DNA from: an uncultured Gammaproteobacteria bacterium
GTDB lineage: Bacteria > Patescibacteriota > Patescibacteriia > UBA9934 > CAMTUG01
Direction: 5' to 3'
Assembly (NCBI GenBank): GCA_964588955.1
Contig: CAZPQJ010000007.1
Coordinates: forward strand, 3,128-67,127
Length of the DNA stretch: 64,000 nucleotides
Shown piece after piece: positions 38,701-47,758 of this stretch. Numbering within the stretch: position 1 is the first letter of the stretch; the number at the start of each line of letters is the position of its first letter. Made by a program: the position numbers and the translations under genes. Below the pieces are notes generated by a model. It saw nothing but the letters and a program-made list of their open reading frames with translations. It searched no databases and had not been told where the DNA came from.

Positions 38701-39482
38701 ACGGTTTGTCCCGATGGGCTGTCACCATTCTCGCTGACCGTAAGACCGCCGCTAACGGTGGTCGTACCCGTAGCTTGCTGAGAAGCGTCCGAGAGGGCAG
38801 GCACTTCAGAGCTAATAGAGCTACCGGTGGAGTAGTCAGAGAGAGCCACGGAAGAATCCGTGATCACGAACTGGCTCATCAAGCGGTTGTCGGTCATACC
38901 GGCGGAAGAGACGGAACGCTTTTCCCCATCCCAAATGAGATAGGTGGTGCTGCCGTCTTTCACCATCATGCCGTCAACGAGCTCAGCGGTCATCATCGAG
39001 GAGCCTTCGGAGTAGTCAGTGAAGAATACATCCGGGACGTCAATGATCCACTTGTTCCAGTCGCTGCCGTACAAATCCGTAGCAACCTCTTCGGTTTCTA
39101 CCCAGCGGATTTCTCCGTCGGTGGTAACCACGTAGGTCTTCGGATCGGTGTCAATTTTCACCATCCATGTGCCGGGGCGCACGACGATGTTGCCGGCGAG
39201 CGGGTAGCTCGCGAGCTGGGAATCACTAACCGTCATGACGTCGTTGAAGTTCGAGTACCACGTCATGTAGGTTTTTTCGTTCGGGAAGGTCCAGCGTTCA
39301 CCACCGTAGTAGTAATACACCGTCGAAAGGCTGCCTTTGATAAGGTCGCCGTTCGAAAGGGTCGTTTCCGCGCTGGCTGCGAGAGGAGCGACGAAGGAAG
39401 CGGCGCCGACAGACCACAAAATGGTCGCGACAGCCACAGCCACCGTGAACGCTCGTTTCCCGAGAGTCATAGCATTCTGCAT
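35784..39482 (-). CDS. Large secreted acidic beta-rich surface (S-layer-like) protein
   Basis: Signal peptide, D/T/S-rich, repeated Ig-like segments, strongly biased codon usage; N-terminal GDLIK..VYYY..R..FPNEKTY.TWY domain. Confidence 0.75.
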   Translation of the reverse strand: MQNAMTLGKRAFTVAVAVATILWSVGAASFVAPLAASAETTLSNGDLIKGSLSTVYYYYGGERWTFPNEKTYMTWYSNFNDVMTVSDSQLASYPLAGNIVVRPGTWMVKIDTDPKTYVVTTDGEIRWVETEEVATDLYGSDWNKWIIDVPDVFFTDYSEGSSMMTAELVDGMMVKDGSTTYLIWDGEKRSVSSAGMTDNRLMSQFVITDSSVALSDYSTGSSISSEVPALSDASQQATGTTTVSGGLTVSENGDSPSGQTVPLSATNVQLMAVDLEASGSDVTVSNLAFHFTGVASVDVFANLYVYWNGQRLTNGKSINSTTRDVTFSSLGIEVADGDTETVWLTGDVTTVDADLSTASVAFEIESEDAVTSTAESVNGDFPVSSEWNTLTDGAEVGTVTIDETGSLSDVTIGEEGAEIARFTIDANNEDAMIESLTLNVDKAEDHDEYELWQSSTKIADGESIGNDLVLFTFDDAYTVLDGNTKTFKVTAKIGGDPNDTIATALEENSDLTAIGGDFGFGMQVTNNMGDDGAACATSGDECSFVNIIGGKLTFAFNGPSAATDLQIGGDDQAIFNFTLTSQNDATVNSLNFDLTMTDADDGTDFNFENFRIVKEDGSTLMGPEELATIGDNTQTLVFSDEFDIAAGDSWDLSLVTDIIDTGDAAADDTITAVMDSSATDAEDAQGNNLVVGTDIVPNADLNGNAMVLNDASLTINLAGSPSSATVVKGSQDVDMVGFSFAAGEASDITVTTADFHILVDSDGDDTFDEAGDISALAADDRITSCSIYNADGELVDGPESPDSSADVSFDGFDWTIPAGSTEKLTVTCDLANLSVVATPDEYAVEIAVVGDIVAEDEDGDQLTGSSITLTDGNTADTIEVGVVANGTLTTALGSDSPDSTIIIGGSSDVEVGVFRFTAATESFIVDTVNITNAGADEAADSVSVSYEDEDGQTKTSSSVFSSGVATFEGLDMFVPVDGTADLTVTVDTSTVSASGAASGDTLVIGIDADTTSYTGVSSGTTTVDSGTDQTADTFELRKTKPTLSRASGSPSGSAIPGLDEVLRLNIAADSHGYVTLDELTFKMTSTDNNGEADPDWNQCDASPALAAADFSFYNYDDLSDDLDVDGDWTFLDSTGASCGADEVVTYIVMDLTTSVEIAAGATETYSLYVDTTGASSSDDDTVRFDIPRDSEVSTNAGTDPDGSIIWDDDTQGTDVDGTYVKSLPLTGGTLVY

Positions 39483-39641
39483 AAGGAATTTTCCTTTTCT
39501 TTCGTTTAATGATAGAGCGATGAAGCGGCCTATGCGGCCTCGACCTTTCAGCTTCTTCGCGTGATAAACACATCCGGTGTGCCGACCTTATTGGTCAACA
39601 CTCGTTGATCCGCAAAACGGACCAACGAGTAGTGAGCAATG

Positions 39642-40712
39642 CTACTCAATCGGGGACAAATCTACTGAGGCGTCTTGCTGGGCAACAATCGACAATTCCA
39701 AGGCGGCGATTTGCGCTTCCACTTCGCTAATCGTGTTATCAATTTCATCCAATTGTTCGAACGCAGAACGATAACCACCAGCAGCCATAATATTCATCGC
39801 TTCATGCACTTGCGTGTTCACGTGCTGCAAACGCGAGGTCATGAACTTCAAATCTGTGCCGACAGGAAGTGTTACGGCGCCCGCAGCAACAACATGTTGA
39901 ATCACAGCGACGCGACCGAGAGCTAATTTGACTTGAGCATCGATGGAAAGAAGATTTTGCTGGAACGATTTTTGCAAATCTTCCGTAACGACTCCTTGCT
40001 GCTGCGATGCTTCCGCAGAAGTAACGAGTACCTCGACCGCTTCATCGCCTGCTTGCTCAGCATCTTCTTTTGCGCCAGCGACATCAACCTCTGAAGCATC
40101 ATCGAGAGCTAATGCCGTTTGATCAATAGAGGCGGCGTATTCATTTGCCTTTGCGTCTAAAGCGCTCGCAACTGCCACCGCTTCTTCGCTTCCTTGTAAA
40201 CTCTTCAACGACGTTTTCGCTTCCGCGACTTCATTCTTAAAGGCACTGACCGCCGATTTCATGCGCTCCGTTTTATCGCTGGAATCGGAATGACTGATCG
40301 AGCTCGCTTCAGCCAAACGACGGCTAGCAAACTCCATGTGCAACGCAGCGCGCTTTTGATCGGAAATAGTAATGGAAAGTTGTGCTTGTTCCGTAGCAAT
40401 CTTGATAGGATACAACATGTCGCCAGGTACAGATTCGTACGCGGCGTTCACCGAGGTCATCCAACCACCGGCGGCCAACACCAAAATACCAATCCCAACC
40501 ATGAGTGGGCGCAACACCGCGTGACGGAATTCAAACAAAAATGTATCCGCGTAATCGCGCAAGGTGTAAACCGGACGGGAAACATCTTCCGCGCCAATCA
40601 TGCGAAGCAAAGCTTCCCGGGCAGCGTTCGTCTGCTCGGGCGTGCGCGCACCAAACTCCGGTTTGTCTCGGAGGGAACGCAACGCTTTAGTTATTTCGCG
40701 ATTGATCGTCAT
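39642..40712 (-). CDS. DUF5667-like membrane protein, probable anti-sigma factor
   Basis: Single TM then SVPGDMLYPIKIATE...RRLAE motif; overlaps the end of the ECF sigma gene. Confidence 0.7.
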   Translation of the reverse strand: MTINREITKALRSLRDKPEFGARTPEQTNAAREALLRMIGAEDVSRPVYTLRDYADTFLFEFRHAVLRPLMVGIGILVLAAGGWMTSVNAAYESVPGDMLYPIKIATEQAQLSITISDQKRAALHMEFASRRLAEASSISHSDSSDKTERMKSAVSAFKNEVAEAKTSLKSLQGSEEAVAVASALDAKANEYAASIDQTALALDDASEVDVAGAKEDAEQAGDEAVEVLVTSAEASQQQGVVTEDLQKSFQQNLLSIDAQVKLALGRVAVIQHVVAAGAVTLPVGTDLKFMTSRLQHVNTQVHEAMNIMAAGGYRSAFEQLDEIDNTISEVEAQIAALELSIVAQQDASVDLSPIE

Positions 40713-41274
40713 AATCATTTTCAATGTGGTGCTGATCCAGAAGTTCTCGTAAAGCTTTTAGCGCTCGGTGTAACTGTGTTCGTACGGCTCCCTCATTCTT
40801 TTCCAGTGCTTCACCGATTTCACGCATCGACATTTCATCTAAGTACCGCATCACCACCACGTCACGATATTCTTCTTTCAATCTTGGTAAGAGCTGCGCA
40901 ATCGCTTCGATGGAGATAACCGTGGAAAGTGTTCCTTCAATCACTTCGTGTGAGTCACCAATAATGTGTTCGCCTTCGCTCATGTCTACCTCTTGCGGAC
41001 GTCGCGACTTGGTGCGATAGAAGTTTGCGCAGACCGTTCGAGCAATGCGATAGAGAAATGGCGAGACGTTTTCGACCGGGGTCGTTTGCATGTACTCCCA
41101 CGCTCGCACGAACACTTCAGACAAGGCGTCTTCAGCGTCGTTTCGCGTTGGCAGCTTAAAGGTCAAATAGCGACTGATACGGGACTCATACAAGTTGTAT
41201 AATTCACCGAACGCTCTTTGATCCTTATTGCGGTAAACCCGCAATAAGAGAAACTTTTCACGTTGGGTGTTCAT
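40687..41274 (-). CDS. ECF-type RNA polymerase sigma factor
   Basis: AFGELY, DAEDALSEVF, FLYRIAR; region 4 EIGEALEKNEGAVRTQLHRA. Confidence 0.92.
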   Translation of the reverse strand: MNTQREKFLLLRVYRNKDQRAFGELYNLYESRISRYLTFKLPTRNDAEDALSEVFVRAWEYMQTTPVENVSPFLYRIARTVCANFYRTKSRRPQEVDMSEGEHIIGDSHEVIEGTLSTVISIEAIAQLLPRLKEEYRDVVVMRYLDEMSMREIGEALEKNEGAVRTQLHRALKALRELLDQHHIENDYDDQSRNN

Positions 41275-41293
41275 ACTCCCGTCTACTTAATAA

Positions 41294-41319
41294 GTCGCCA
41301 ACAAAAACAAAACGTTACA
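41294..41319 (-). promoter_or_regulatory. Putative ECF autoregulatory promoter
   Basis: TGTAAC-N16-CGAC just upstream of the sigma gene, resembling SigX/SigW-type AAC...CGwC promoters. Confidence 0.6.
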
Positions 41320-41477
41320 GTGCGTTTCCGAGGCCGACCTATTATAGCAGATCGTTATGGCAAAAAGTGACCGTTTTTCGCCGTTTTATAGACATCTTGT
41401 GGATGATCCAACCCTCTCGTTGGAAGATGTTTCTTACCATAAATTGGGAAAATCCTCAATAGTCATGGGTAAAAAAC

Positions 41478-41516
41478 TTGACAAGATTACCAACTCTGTC
41501 TACACTAGCGTGGACA
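41478..41516 (+). promoter_or_regulatory. sigma70 promoter with overlapping inverted repeat
   Basis: TTGACA-N17-TACACT; TGTCTAC-N6-GTGGACA overlaps the -10 box. Confidence 0.65.
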
Positions 41517-41536
41517 AAGTAACGTGTTAAATACCT

Positions 41537-41821
41537 ATGTCCGCCCAAGTCATTCGACTCTCTGTGTCAGAAGCTGCCAAAATCTTCGGAGTCAGCACAC
41601 GCACCGTGCGTCGTGCCATCGCCGAAGAAGCAATCACCTATGTTGTGGTTCAAGGCCGTTATAAAATTAACTTTGAATCTCTCTTACGGTGGTCGCAAGA
41701 AACAAGTACCGTACGCAACAAACGCGATCGCCAAGGGATTGGTCAGTTTGTGGATCAGTGGAAAATTAAAAACAAACTGTACTCCCCTAACCCAAAGATA
41801 GTAGAATCTCAACAGCACTAA
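41537..41821 (+). CDS. Helix-turn-helix (excisionase/HTH_17-like) DNA-binding protein
   Basis: LSVSEAAKIFGVSTRTVRRAI motif. Confidence 0.85.
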   Translation: MSAQVIRLSVSEAAKIFGVSTRTVRRAIAEEAITYVVVQGRYKINFESLLRWSQETSTVRNKRDRQGIGQFVDQWKIKNKLYSPNPKIVESQQH

Positions 41822-41822
41822 T

Positions 41823-43805
41823 GTGACGTTCCGATTCTCTTTACTTATTACCATCGCTTCCCTGCTTTTGACGGCTATGCCGGTGCGGGCTTCTTCTAGC
41901 GACTCCGTGCGCACGGCAAACTACTTTTTACTTTCCGGTACAACTCTCGACGACAAGGCCACGCGCGCCACACTCGAAAAATACGATTTGCTTGTTCTCC
42001 CCATTTTAGCGCAAGAATATAACGTCGACTTTTTGAAAGAGGCGCGTGAAGTGAATCCAGATATTATTATCTTGGCGTATGTCCCAACCGTTAGTTGGAA
42101 CAACGTATGGTCATCGGATCTCTACAAAAAACTCAAAAAAGGCATTAAGCCTTCTTGGTGGCTAAAAGACAAAAGCGGCAAACAAGTTTCCATTTGGCCA
42201 AACACAGAGGCACTCAACCTGACCACGGATTGGTACAAGTATTTAGCCGATTGGACCGTCGACGATATTTTGTCTTCAGGATATTGGGATGGTGTGTTTT
42301 ACGATGAAGTGAGCGCGGAAATTAATTGGGTTTCCAACCTGAATATTTCTGACGCGGATTGGACACAGGGACTTGTAAACTTGTTCACACGCACACGCAC
42401 GCGAGCAGGCAAAGATACGATCATTGTCATGAACGGATCAAGCAACGACAAACTCATGCCGCTCACCAACGGCCGTATGTATGAATCCTTCCCTACTCCT
42501 TGGGAGGCAGGTGGTAGCTGGAGCGAAATCGAAAGCCGTTACTTGTCGCAACAAGATAATGTAAGTGGCGAGCCGACCTTTATTATCAACGGCAACAGCG
42601 ACAATACCGGCAATAAAACAGACTATCAAAAAGTCCGCTACGGCCTTACCTCCACTCTGCTCGGCGACGGCTACTTCGGGTACGACTTCGGCACCGAGTC
42701 GCACGGACAAACATGGTACTACGACGAATACGACGCCTTCTTAGGCGAACCTGCCGGTGATCCGAAAGACTTACTGAACCCAAGCAACACAACAATCAAA
42801 CCAAGCGTGTGGGCACGCGATTTCGATAAAGGCAAGGCCGTAGTCAATTCCACGAGTACCACGCAGAAGGTGCGTCTAGATGGCGAATACGAAAAACTTC
42901 ACGGCAGCCAAGATCCATCTACCAACGATGGCCGCATTATTTCTCAGCTCACGTTGCCGGCGGAAGACGGTATTGTTTTGTTGCGCCCATTAGAAACCGT
43001 CAACGACGCGGTTTATAAAAACGGAGCTTTCATTCGCATCTACGATGAAAATGGAGAAACCAAACGTAACGGATTTTTTGCCTACGACTCCGGTGCCACC
43101 GGAGGAGATTTAGTGATCTCCACGGACATGAACAACGACGGCAAACAAGAATTAGTGAGCGCCAACAAAAATCGGGTCGACATTTATGACGCCAACGGCT
43201 CTCTACACGCCTCGTTCTTTCCTTATACCAGCGCTTACACAGGCGGGGTAAACATTGCCATTGGCGATTTGGAAAACGACGGCACGATGGAGATTGTCAC
43301 AGGCACGGAAGATGGTGGCGGTCCGCAAATTCGTATTTTCAATAAAGACGGAGTACTCATCAATCCGGGATTTTTTGCTTACGACACGGCCTTCCGTGGC
43401 GGGGTCAATGTGACCATCGGCGACTTAAACGGCGACGCCACCAAAGAAATCGTGGCCGGCGCAGGCGTTGGCGGCGGGCCGCATGTGCGTGTCTTTAACA
43501 AAGATGGAAAACTGATCAACCCAGGGTTCATGGCTTATGACCCGTCTTTCCGCGGAGGAGTCAACGTGGCCGCGGCAGACGTGGACGGCGATGGCGTAAA
43601 AGAAATCATTACCGGCCCAGGCAAAGGAGGCAAACCGGAAGTAAAGGTATATACTAAAGATGGTATTGCTCTGAATACCGGTTTCCTTGTTTCAGAAACC
43701 ACAGACACAAGCGGAGTTGAAGTTTCCGCTGGAGATTTGGACGGCGATGGCAAAGAGGAAATCTTTACGGTGAGTTCTGACGTGTTCACCCTTTCCTTGT
43801 TCTAA
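41823..43805 (+). CDS. Secreted putative glycoside hydrolase with C-terminal FG-GAP-like repeats
   Basis: Signal peptide, WDGVFYDE barrel motif, repeated GDLxGDGxxEIVxG..GGGPxVRVF units. Confidence 0.75.
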   Translation: MTFRFSLLITIASLLLTAMPVRASSSDSVRTANYFLLSGTTLDDKATRATLEKYDLLVLPILAQEYNVDFLKEAREVNPDIIILAYVPTVSWNNVWSSDLYKKLKKGIKPSWWLKDKSGKQVSIWPNTEALNLTTDWYKYLADWTVDDILSSGYWDGVFYDEVSAEINWVSNLNISDADWTQGLVNLFTRTRTRAGKDTIIVMNGSSNDKLMPLTNGRMYESFPTPWEAGGSWSEIESRYLSQQDNVSGEPTFIINGNSDNTGNKTDYQKVRYGLTSTLLGDGYFGYDFGTESHGQTWYYDEYDAFLGEPAGDPKDLLNPSNTTIKPSVWARDFDKGKAVVNSTSTTQKVRLDGEYEKLHGSQDPSTNDGRIISQLTLPAEDGIVLLRPLETVNDAVYKNGAFIRIYDENGETKRNGFFAYDSGATGGDLVISTDMNNDGKQELVSANKNRVDIYDANGSLHASFFPYTSAYTGGVNIAIGDLENDGTMEIVTGTEDGGGPQIRIFNKDGVLINPGFFAYDTAFRGGVNVTIGDLNGDATKEIVAGAGVGGGPHVRVFNKDGKLINPGFMAYDPSFRGGVNVAAADVDGDGVKEIITGPGKGGKPEVKVYTKDGIALNTGFLVSETTDTSGVEVSAGDLDGDGKEEIFTVSSDVFTLSLF

Positions 43806-43847
43806 CCTTTTTCCACCCACCAAACAACCGCTTTCTTCCTTTCCCCT

Positions 43848-45635
43848 ATGATCCACATCTTTCGTAAATCGCTGGAAATCGCTTCACAGCCAGGCAAATT
43901 GGTGAGCCGACCGCTGCAAAAAATTTTTCACCACCACTACGCGGAAAAGCGGTTTGCCCGCACGTTGTTTGTGGTGGATATTGTGGTGCTTGTTAGCATC
44001 GCTGTTTCCGTGGGACTTATTTTAGCCTTTACGGTTTTCCGACCAGCAAAAATTGTTAATCTTGTGCATGTAGACGCGACCGTGGCGCCAAGCGATGTTG
44101 TTTCCGGAGGATTATCGACACTCATCTTCCGCTACGAAAACACGTCGAGCGAGGAGTTGCGTTTCGCGCGCCTCAATCTAGGCTTCCCTGCCCATTTTGA
44201 ACAAACAGAAGCCCCGGCGGATCTCACGGAAGTCGCTCCACAAACCTACGACCTTGGGAGCATCGCCCCAGGAGCCAACGGATCGATCAAACTCTCCGGA
44301 GTCATGTTTGGCGACGTGGGTGGCGATCAAGTTTTTCAAAGCACCTTGAGTTTTGTTTATGGTCCGAACGACCGCACCGCCACCAAGTTCAGCGAGCACG
44401 TTTTTCATCCGTCGCATTCAACCTTGGCTCTTGAACTCACCCTCCCCGATCGCGTGGTACAAGGCCAGCAAGCGCAAGGAAAGATCACTTACAAAAACAC
44501 CGGCACGGTAGACTTTCCACAAATCCAAATCGAACCGATCTGGCCAGAAGGGTTCGTACTGGTGAGTAGTTCTCCGGCATTACTGGCCGAAGGCAATTCG
44601 TTCATACTCAACGGATTGCAAGCGGGTCAAGAAGGCACGATTTCGTTCGTTGGCCAAATGCCTCCCACAGAATCGGTCGACTTTATCTTCAACCCCAGCT
44701 TTACCTTTGGTGATGATTATTACACCCAAGATCGTCTGACGCAAAACGTCAAACTTCTTCCCTCACAAATAAAAACCACTACCACGTTCTCTCCTGAAAC
44801 GATTACGCCAGGGGGAACGATGGTGGTTACCGTCGCTTACGAACACATTGGCGAACTTCCCATCAACGACTTGGCGATCAATATCAACACGCTTAATCAG
44901 CCCCTCTTTCAAAAACCATCCTACGAAGTGTTGCAAACAGTGACAGCCGTACAACCGGGAGACATCGGGAGTGCCAGTATCACCGTGCGCTTTAATAGCA
45001 GCATTGACGCCAGAACAGTCAGTACGTACCAACAATTAAGCGCGCTCGTGAAAACCTACGTCAATTACACGCTAACCCAAGACGATCTTCCACCAGCGCA
45101 AATCAGTCTTCTTGGCGCATCCGACAGTTTGAACATCACCAGTCCTGTGGTGCTGGAATCGTTTGGACGCTACGCCTCGCCGCAAGGCGATCAGCTTGGG
45201 CGCGGACCATTGCCGCCGCTTGTTGGCGAAGAAACGAAGTATTGGGTGTTTATGACCATTCGTGGAACAACAAATGATTTAGAGAATCTCAAAATGGACG
45301 CGGACTTAGGTCCTGGAGTCACCTTCACCGGCAAACAAAGTGTTTCCTATGGAGAGAGCTTGAATTACAACACAACAGATCACTCGATCACCTGGACGAT
45401 TGGATCGCTTCCGCCGACGTTGGCACCCGGCAGTCAAATGGTTTCCGTGGCCTTCGAAGTAGCCATCACTCCAACCGCCGACATGATTGGCAAAACCCCA
45501 ACCCTGCTCGCTTCCCCGCTCGTCAGCGCCCGCGACACCTTTACGGGCACCTTCGTCAGCGCCCGCGGTAGCACCATCACGACAAACTTACCATACGATT
45601 CCATGGCCGCGGGACTCGGCGTGGTGGAGGAATAG
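43848..45635 (+). CDS. Membrane-anchored multi-Ig/DUF11-like hypothetical protein
   Basis: N-terminal TM, repeated beta-sandwich motifs (ITYKNTG), GPLPPLVGEETKY. Confidence 0.7.
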   Translation: MIHIFRKSLEIASQPGKLVSRPLQKIFHHHYAEKRFARTLFVVDIVVLVSIAVSVGLILAFTVFRPAKIVNLVHVDATVAPSDVVSGGLSTLIFRYENTSSEELRFARLNLGFPAHFEQTEAPADLTEVAPQTYDLGSIAPGANGSIKLSGVMFGDVGGDQVFQSTLSFVYGPNDRTATKFSEHVFHPSHSTLALELTLPDRVVQGQQAQGKITYKNTGTVDFPQIQIEPIWPEGFVLVSSSPALLAEGNSFILNGLQAGQEGTISFVGQMPPTESVDFIFNPSFTFGDDYYTQDRLTQNVKLLPSQIKTTTTFSPETITPGGTMVVTVAYEHIGELPINDLAININTLNQPLFQKPSYEVLQTVTAVQPGDIGSASITVRFNSSIDARTVSTYQQLSALVKTYVNYTLTQDDLPPAQISLLGASDSLNITSPVVLESFGRYASPQGDQLGRGPLPPLVGEETKYWVFMTIRGTTNDLENLKMDADLGPGVTFTGKQSVSYGESLNYNTTDHSITWTIGSLPPTLAPGSQMVSVAFEVAITPTADMIGKTPTLLASPLVSARDTFTGTFVSARGSTITTNLPYDSMAAGLGVVEE

Positions 45636-45649
45636 TAATTTGATAAAAT

Positions 45650-45690
45650 AAAAACATAGACGGGAGTCTCTACTCCCGTCTATGTTTTTC
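45650..45690. terminator. Bidirectional intrinsic terminator
   Basis: aaaacatagacgggagt-ctct-actcccgtctatgtttt between convergent genes. Confidence 0.8.
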
Positions 45691-45731
45691 CTTGAAAAGG
45701 GATCCTTACGCGACTGGGGGGGCAAGTCAAC

Positions 45732-46946
45732 CTACTTCTTCAACACTCGTTGATACGCCTCCATGATTTTTTGATAATGCACTTCCGGGGCGTAGAGCTG
45801 TTCTGCACGATGACGCCCCGCACGGCCAAGAGCGGTGGCGTAAACAGGATCTTCAGCCACACGCGCAATGGCTTGGCGCAATCCTTGTACATCTCCCGGT
45901 TCAAATAACAATCCCGTTTGCGCGTCAGCCACCACTTCTGGCAAGGCTCCGACACGACTAGCGATCACCGGTTTACCAAGCGCCATCGCCTCAACCGCGA
46001 CAAGTCCAAACACTTCATGCCACAATGACGGCACAATCACCGCTCGGGCGCCGCGCACCAAATCCCACAAGGCCTCCCCGCTCTGGTACCCCTCAAATGT
46101 TACGTTGTTCATTTTATCGCCTTCTATGTGCAGATGTTGCTCTTCTGGTCCTGTGCCGACGATCTTGCACGGTACCCCCGGCATCTCCTGCATGGCGCGC
46201 AATAACACATCTACCCCCTTCTCTTCCACCAATCGCCCGTAATACAACACGTAACCGCTATCTTGGTACCGCGGCGCTTCAGCCACAAGACTCGTAAACA
46301 ACGGCACTTGCGTAAAACGCGCGCGATCAAAGCCGGCGGCAACATACGTGTTTTCTACGTATTGCGACGAAGTTAAAAACTGGTCAATCGTACGCGAATA
46401 ACTTTGCCGCAAGCGATGAAGTTTAAAACTCAGCGCCTGAGCGAACGAAGCGCGGTAAGAGTCTTTGTGAAAACGAGAGAACGTAAGCGTAGCCAGCGAC
46501 TTATGCGCCAAGTTTTCCGATCCGCCATGACGCCACATCATGTAATTGGGCGCGATTAAATGATAATCATGCACGCTCATGACGATGGGAATTTTTTCTT
46601 GTTTTAAAACATCGAGCACCGACGGCGAGATTTGTCCGTAAACGTTATGCACGTGTGCAACATCGGGGCGCGTGCGCTGAATGAGTTCACGCATCTTCCG
46701 CGCCGCTTCAAACGAATAGAGCATGCGGGCAAACGTTCGCAACCCTTGCCAACCGCCACGCACTTCCCCCGTCTCCACCGGACTCACAAAATAACGATCG
46801 TAGATACTCGGCGCGTTTTTCGCGTCTTTCATGGCAAAAGGAATCACCTCGTGACCGTGTGCCGTTAACAAATCTGAGAGCTCCATCATGTAGCGATCCG
46901 CTCCCCCCTTGGGCCAATAATATTTGTTGATTTGGAGAATCTTCAT
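45732..46946 (-). CDS. Glycosyltransferase family 4
   Basis: Start MKILQINK; GRLVEEKG and EVFGLVAVEAM motifs. Confidence 0.9.
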   Translation of the reverse strand: MKILQINKYYWPKGGADRYMMELSDLLTAHGHEVIPFAMKDAKNAPSIYDRYFVSPVETGEVRGGWQGLRTFARMLYSFEAARKMRELIQRTRPDVAHVHNVYGQISPSVLDVLKQEKIPIVMSVHDYHLIAPNYMMWRHGGSENLAHKSLATLTFSRFHKDSYRASFAQALSFKLHRLRQSYSRTIDQFLTSSQYVENTYVAAGFDRARFTQVPLFTSLVAEAPRYQDSGYVLYYGRLVEEKGVDVLLRAMQEMPGVPCKIVGTGPEEQHLHIEGDKMNNVTFEGYQSGEALWDLVRGARAVIVPSLWHEVFGLVAVEAMALGKPVIASRVGALPEVVADAQTGLLFEPGDVQGLRQAIARVAEDPVYATALGRAGRHRAEQLYAPEVHYQKIMEAYQRVLKK

Positions 46947-47617
46947 ACCATGGCGATCAAAACAGACGTAAACCCAAACAGGCGCTGACGGACGATTTTG
47001 ACACGCGCTTCTTTCGGAAACAAACGTCGCAGCGATCGAGCGGATAACAAGGTGAGTTTCCCTGGCGTTCCCTCGTGTTTGCGTCCGAGAAGTTGATAAA
47101 AAAGATTGCGCGCGTCGGTTGGCAGCCAATGCAAGAACGGGATCATGGTGTGGGATTCAATGGGGAACGATCGCGAAGGGGTAGTAAGAAACACCCGCTT
47201 GCCGACACGCAAACACTCTCGTACAAACGCTTCTTGCGATTTCGTATACCCCACATGCTCGATGACCGCGTTTGAAAACACCACATCGAACTGTTTGTCC
47301 GCAAACGGCAAATGCTTACCATCTCCCTGAACAACCGTTACGGCAGGATAACGTTTATGAAAAGCTGTAAGATCATCAACGCCAACAGCGGTGATTTTTT
47401 CTGGATGCTCATACCACTCTTCCAAAAAGTTTTCCGCTCGTTCGCCGCTGGCCGCTCCGGAAACACCGACATCTAAAATCGTGGTGGCAAACGTCGGCCG
47501 CATCTGCCGCAAAAACAATCGGAACTTGCGCTTACGCGATGTAATCGTTAGCCGATGGGTGAGTTTCCACACCAACCCGTTTGGCCACTGCCAGAGTGTT
47601 TGAGATAACCAGGACAT
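46943..47617 (-). CDS. Class I SAM-dependent methyltransferase
   Basis: ILDVG and FDVVFSNAVIEHV motifs; ATGA overlap with the downstream GT4. Confidence 0.85.
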   Translation of the reverse strand: MSWLSQTLWQWPNGLVWKLTHRLTITSRKRKFRLFLRQMRPTFATTILDVGVSGAASGERAENFLEEWYEHPEKITAVGVDDLTAFHKRYPAVTVVQGDGKHLPFADKQFDVVFSNAVIEHVGYTKSQEAFVRECLRVGKRVFLTTPSRSFPIESHTMIPFLHWLPTDARNLFYQLLGRKHEGTPGKLTLLSARSLRRLFPKEARVKIVRQRLFGFTSVLIAMV

Positions 47618-47625
47618 ACTAGAAA

Positions 47626-47758
47626 AAATTCGAAATACGAAATACCAAATCCGAAATAAATTCAAAATTCGAATAGGAAAATCCACAAACAGTTTTCCCT
47701 TTTTCCCATCTCCTTTTTCCGATTGTTTCGAATTTAGAATTTCGGATTTCGGATTTCA
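47626..47758. repeat. Inverted arms of ~7-bp tandem repeats (CGAAAT / ATTTCG)
   Basis: ttcgaaatacgaaataccaaatccgaaat ... tttcgaatttagaatttcggatttcggatttc. Confidence 0.75.

Noticed and set aside
41274-45682. 12-nt identity (tactcccgtcta) between the ECF sigma start region and the terminator at 45671
   Set aside because: 12-mer matches are expected many times by chance in 64 kb, and there is no other support.
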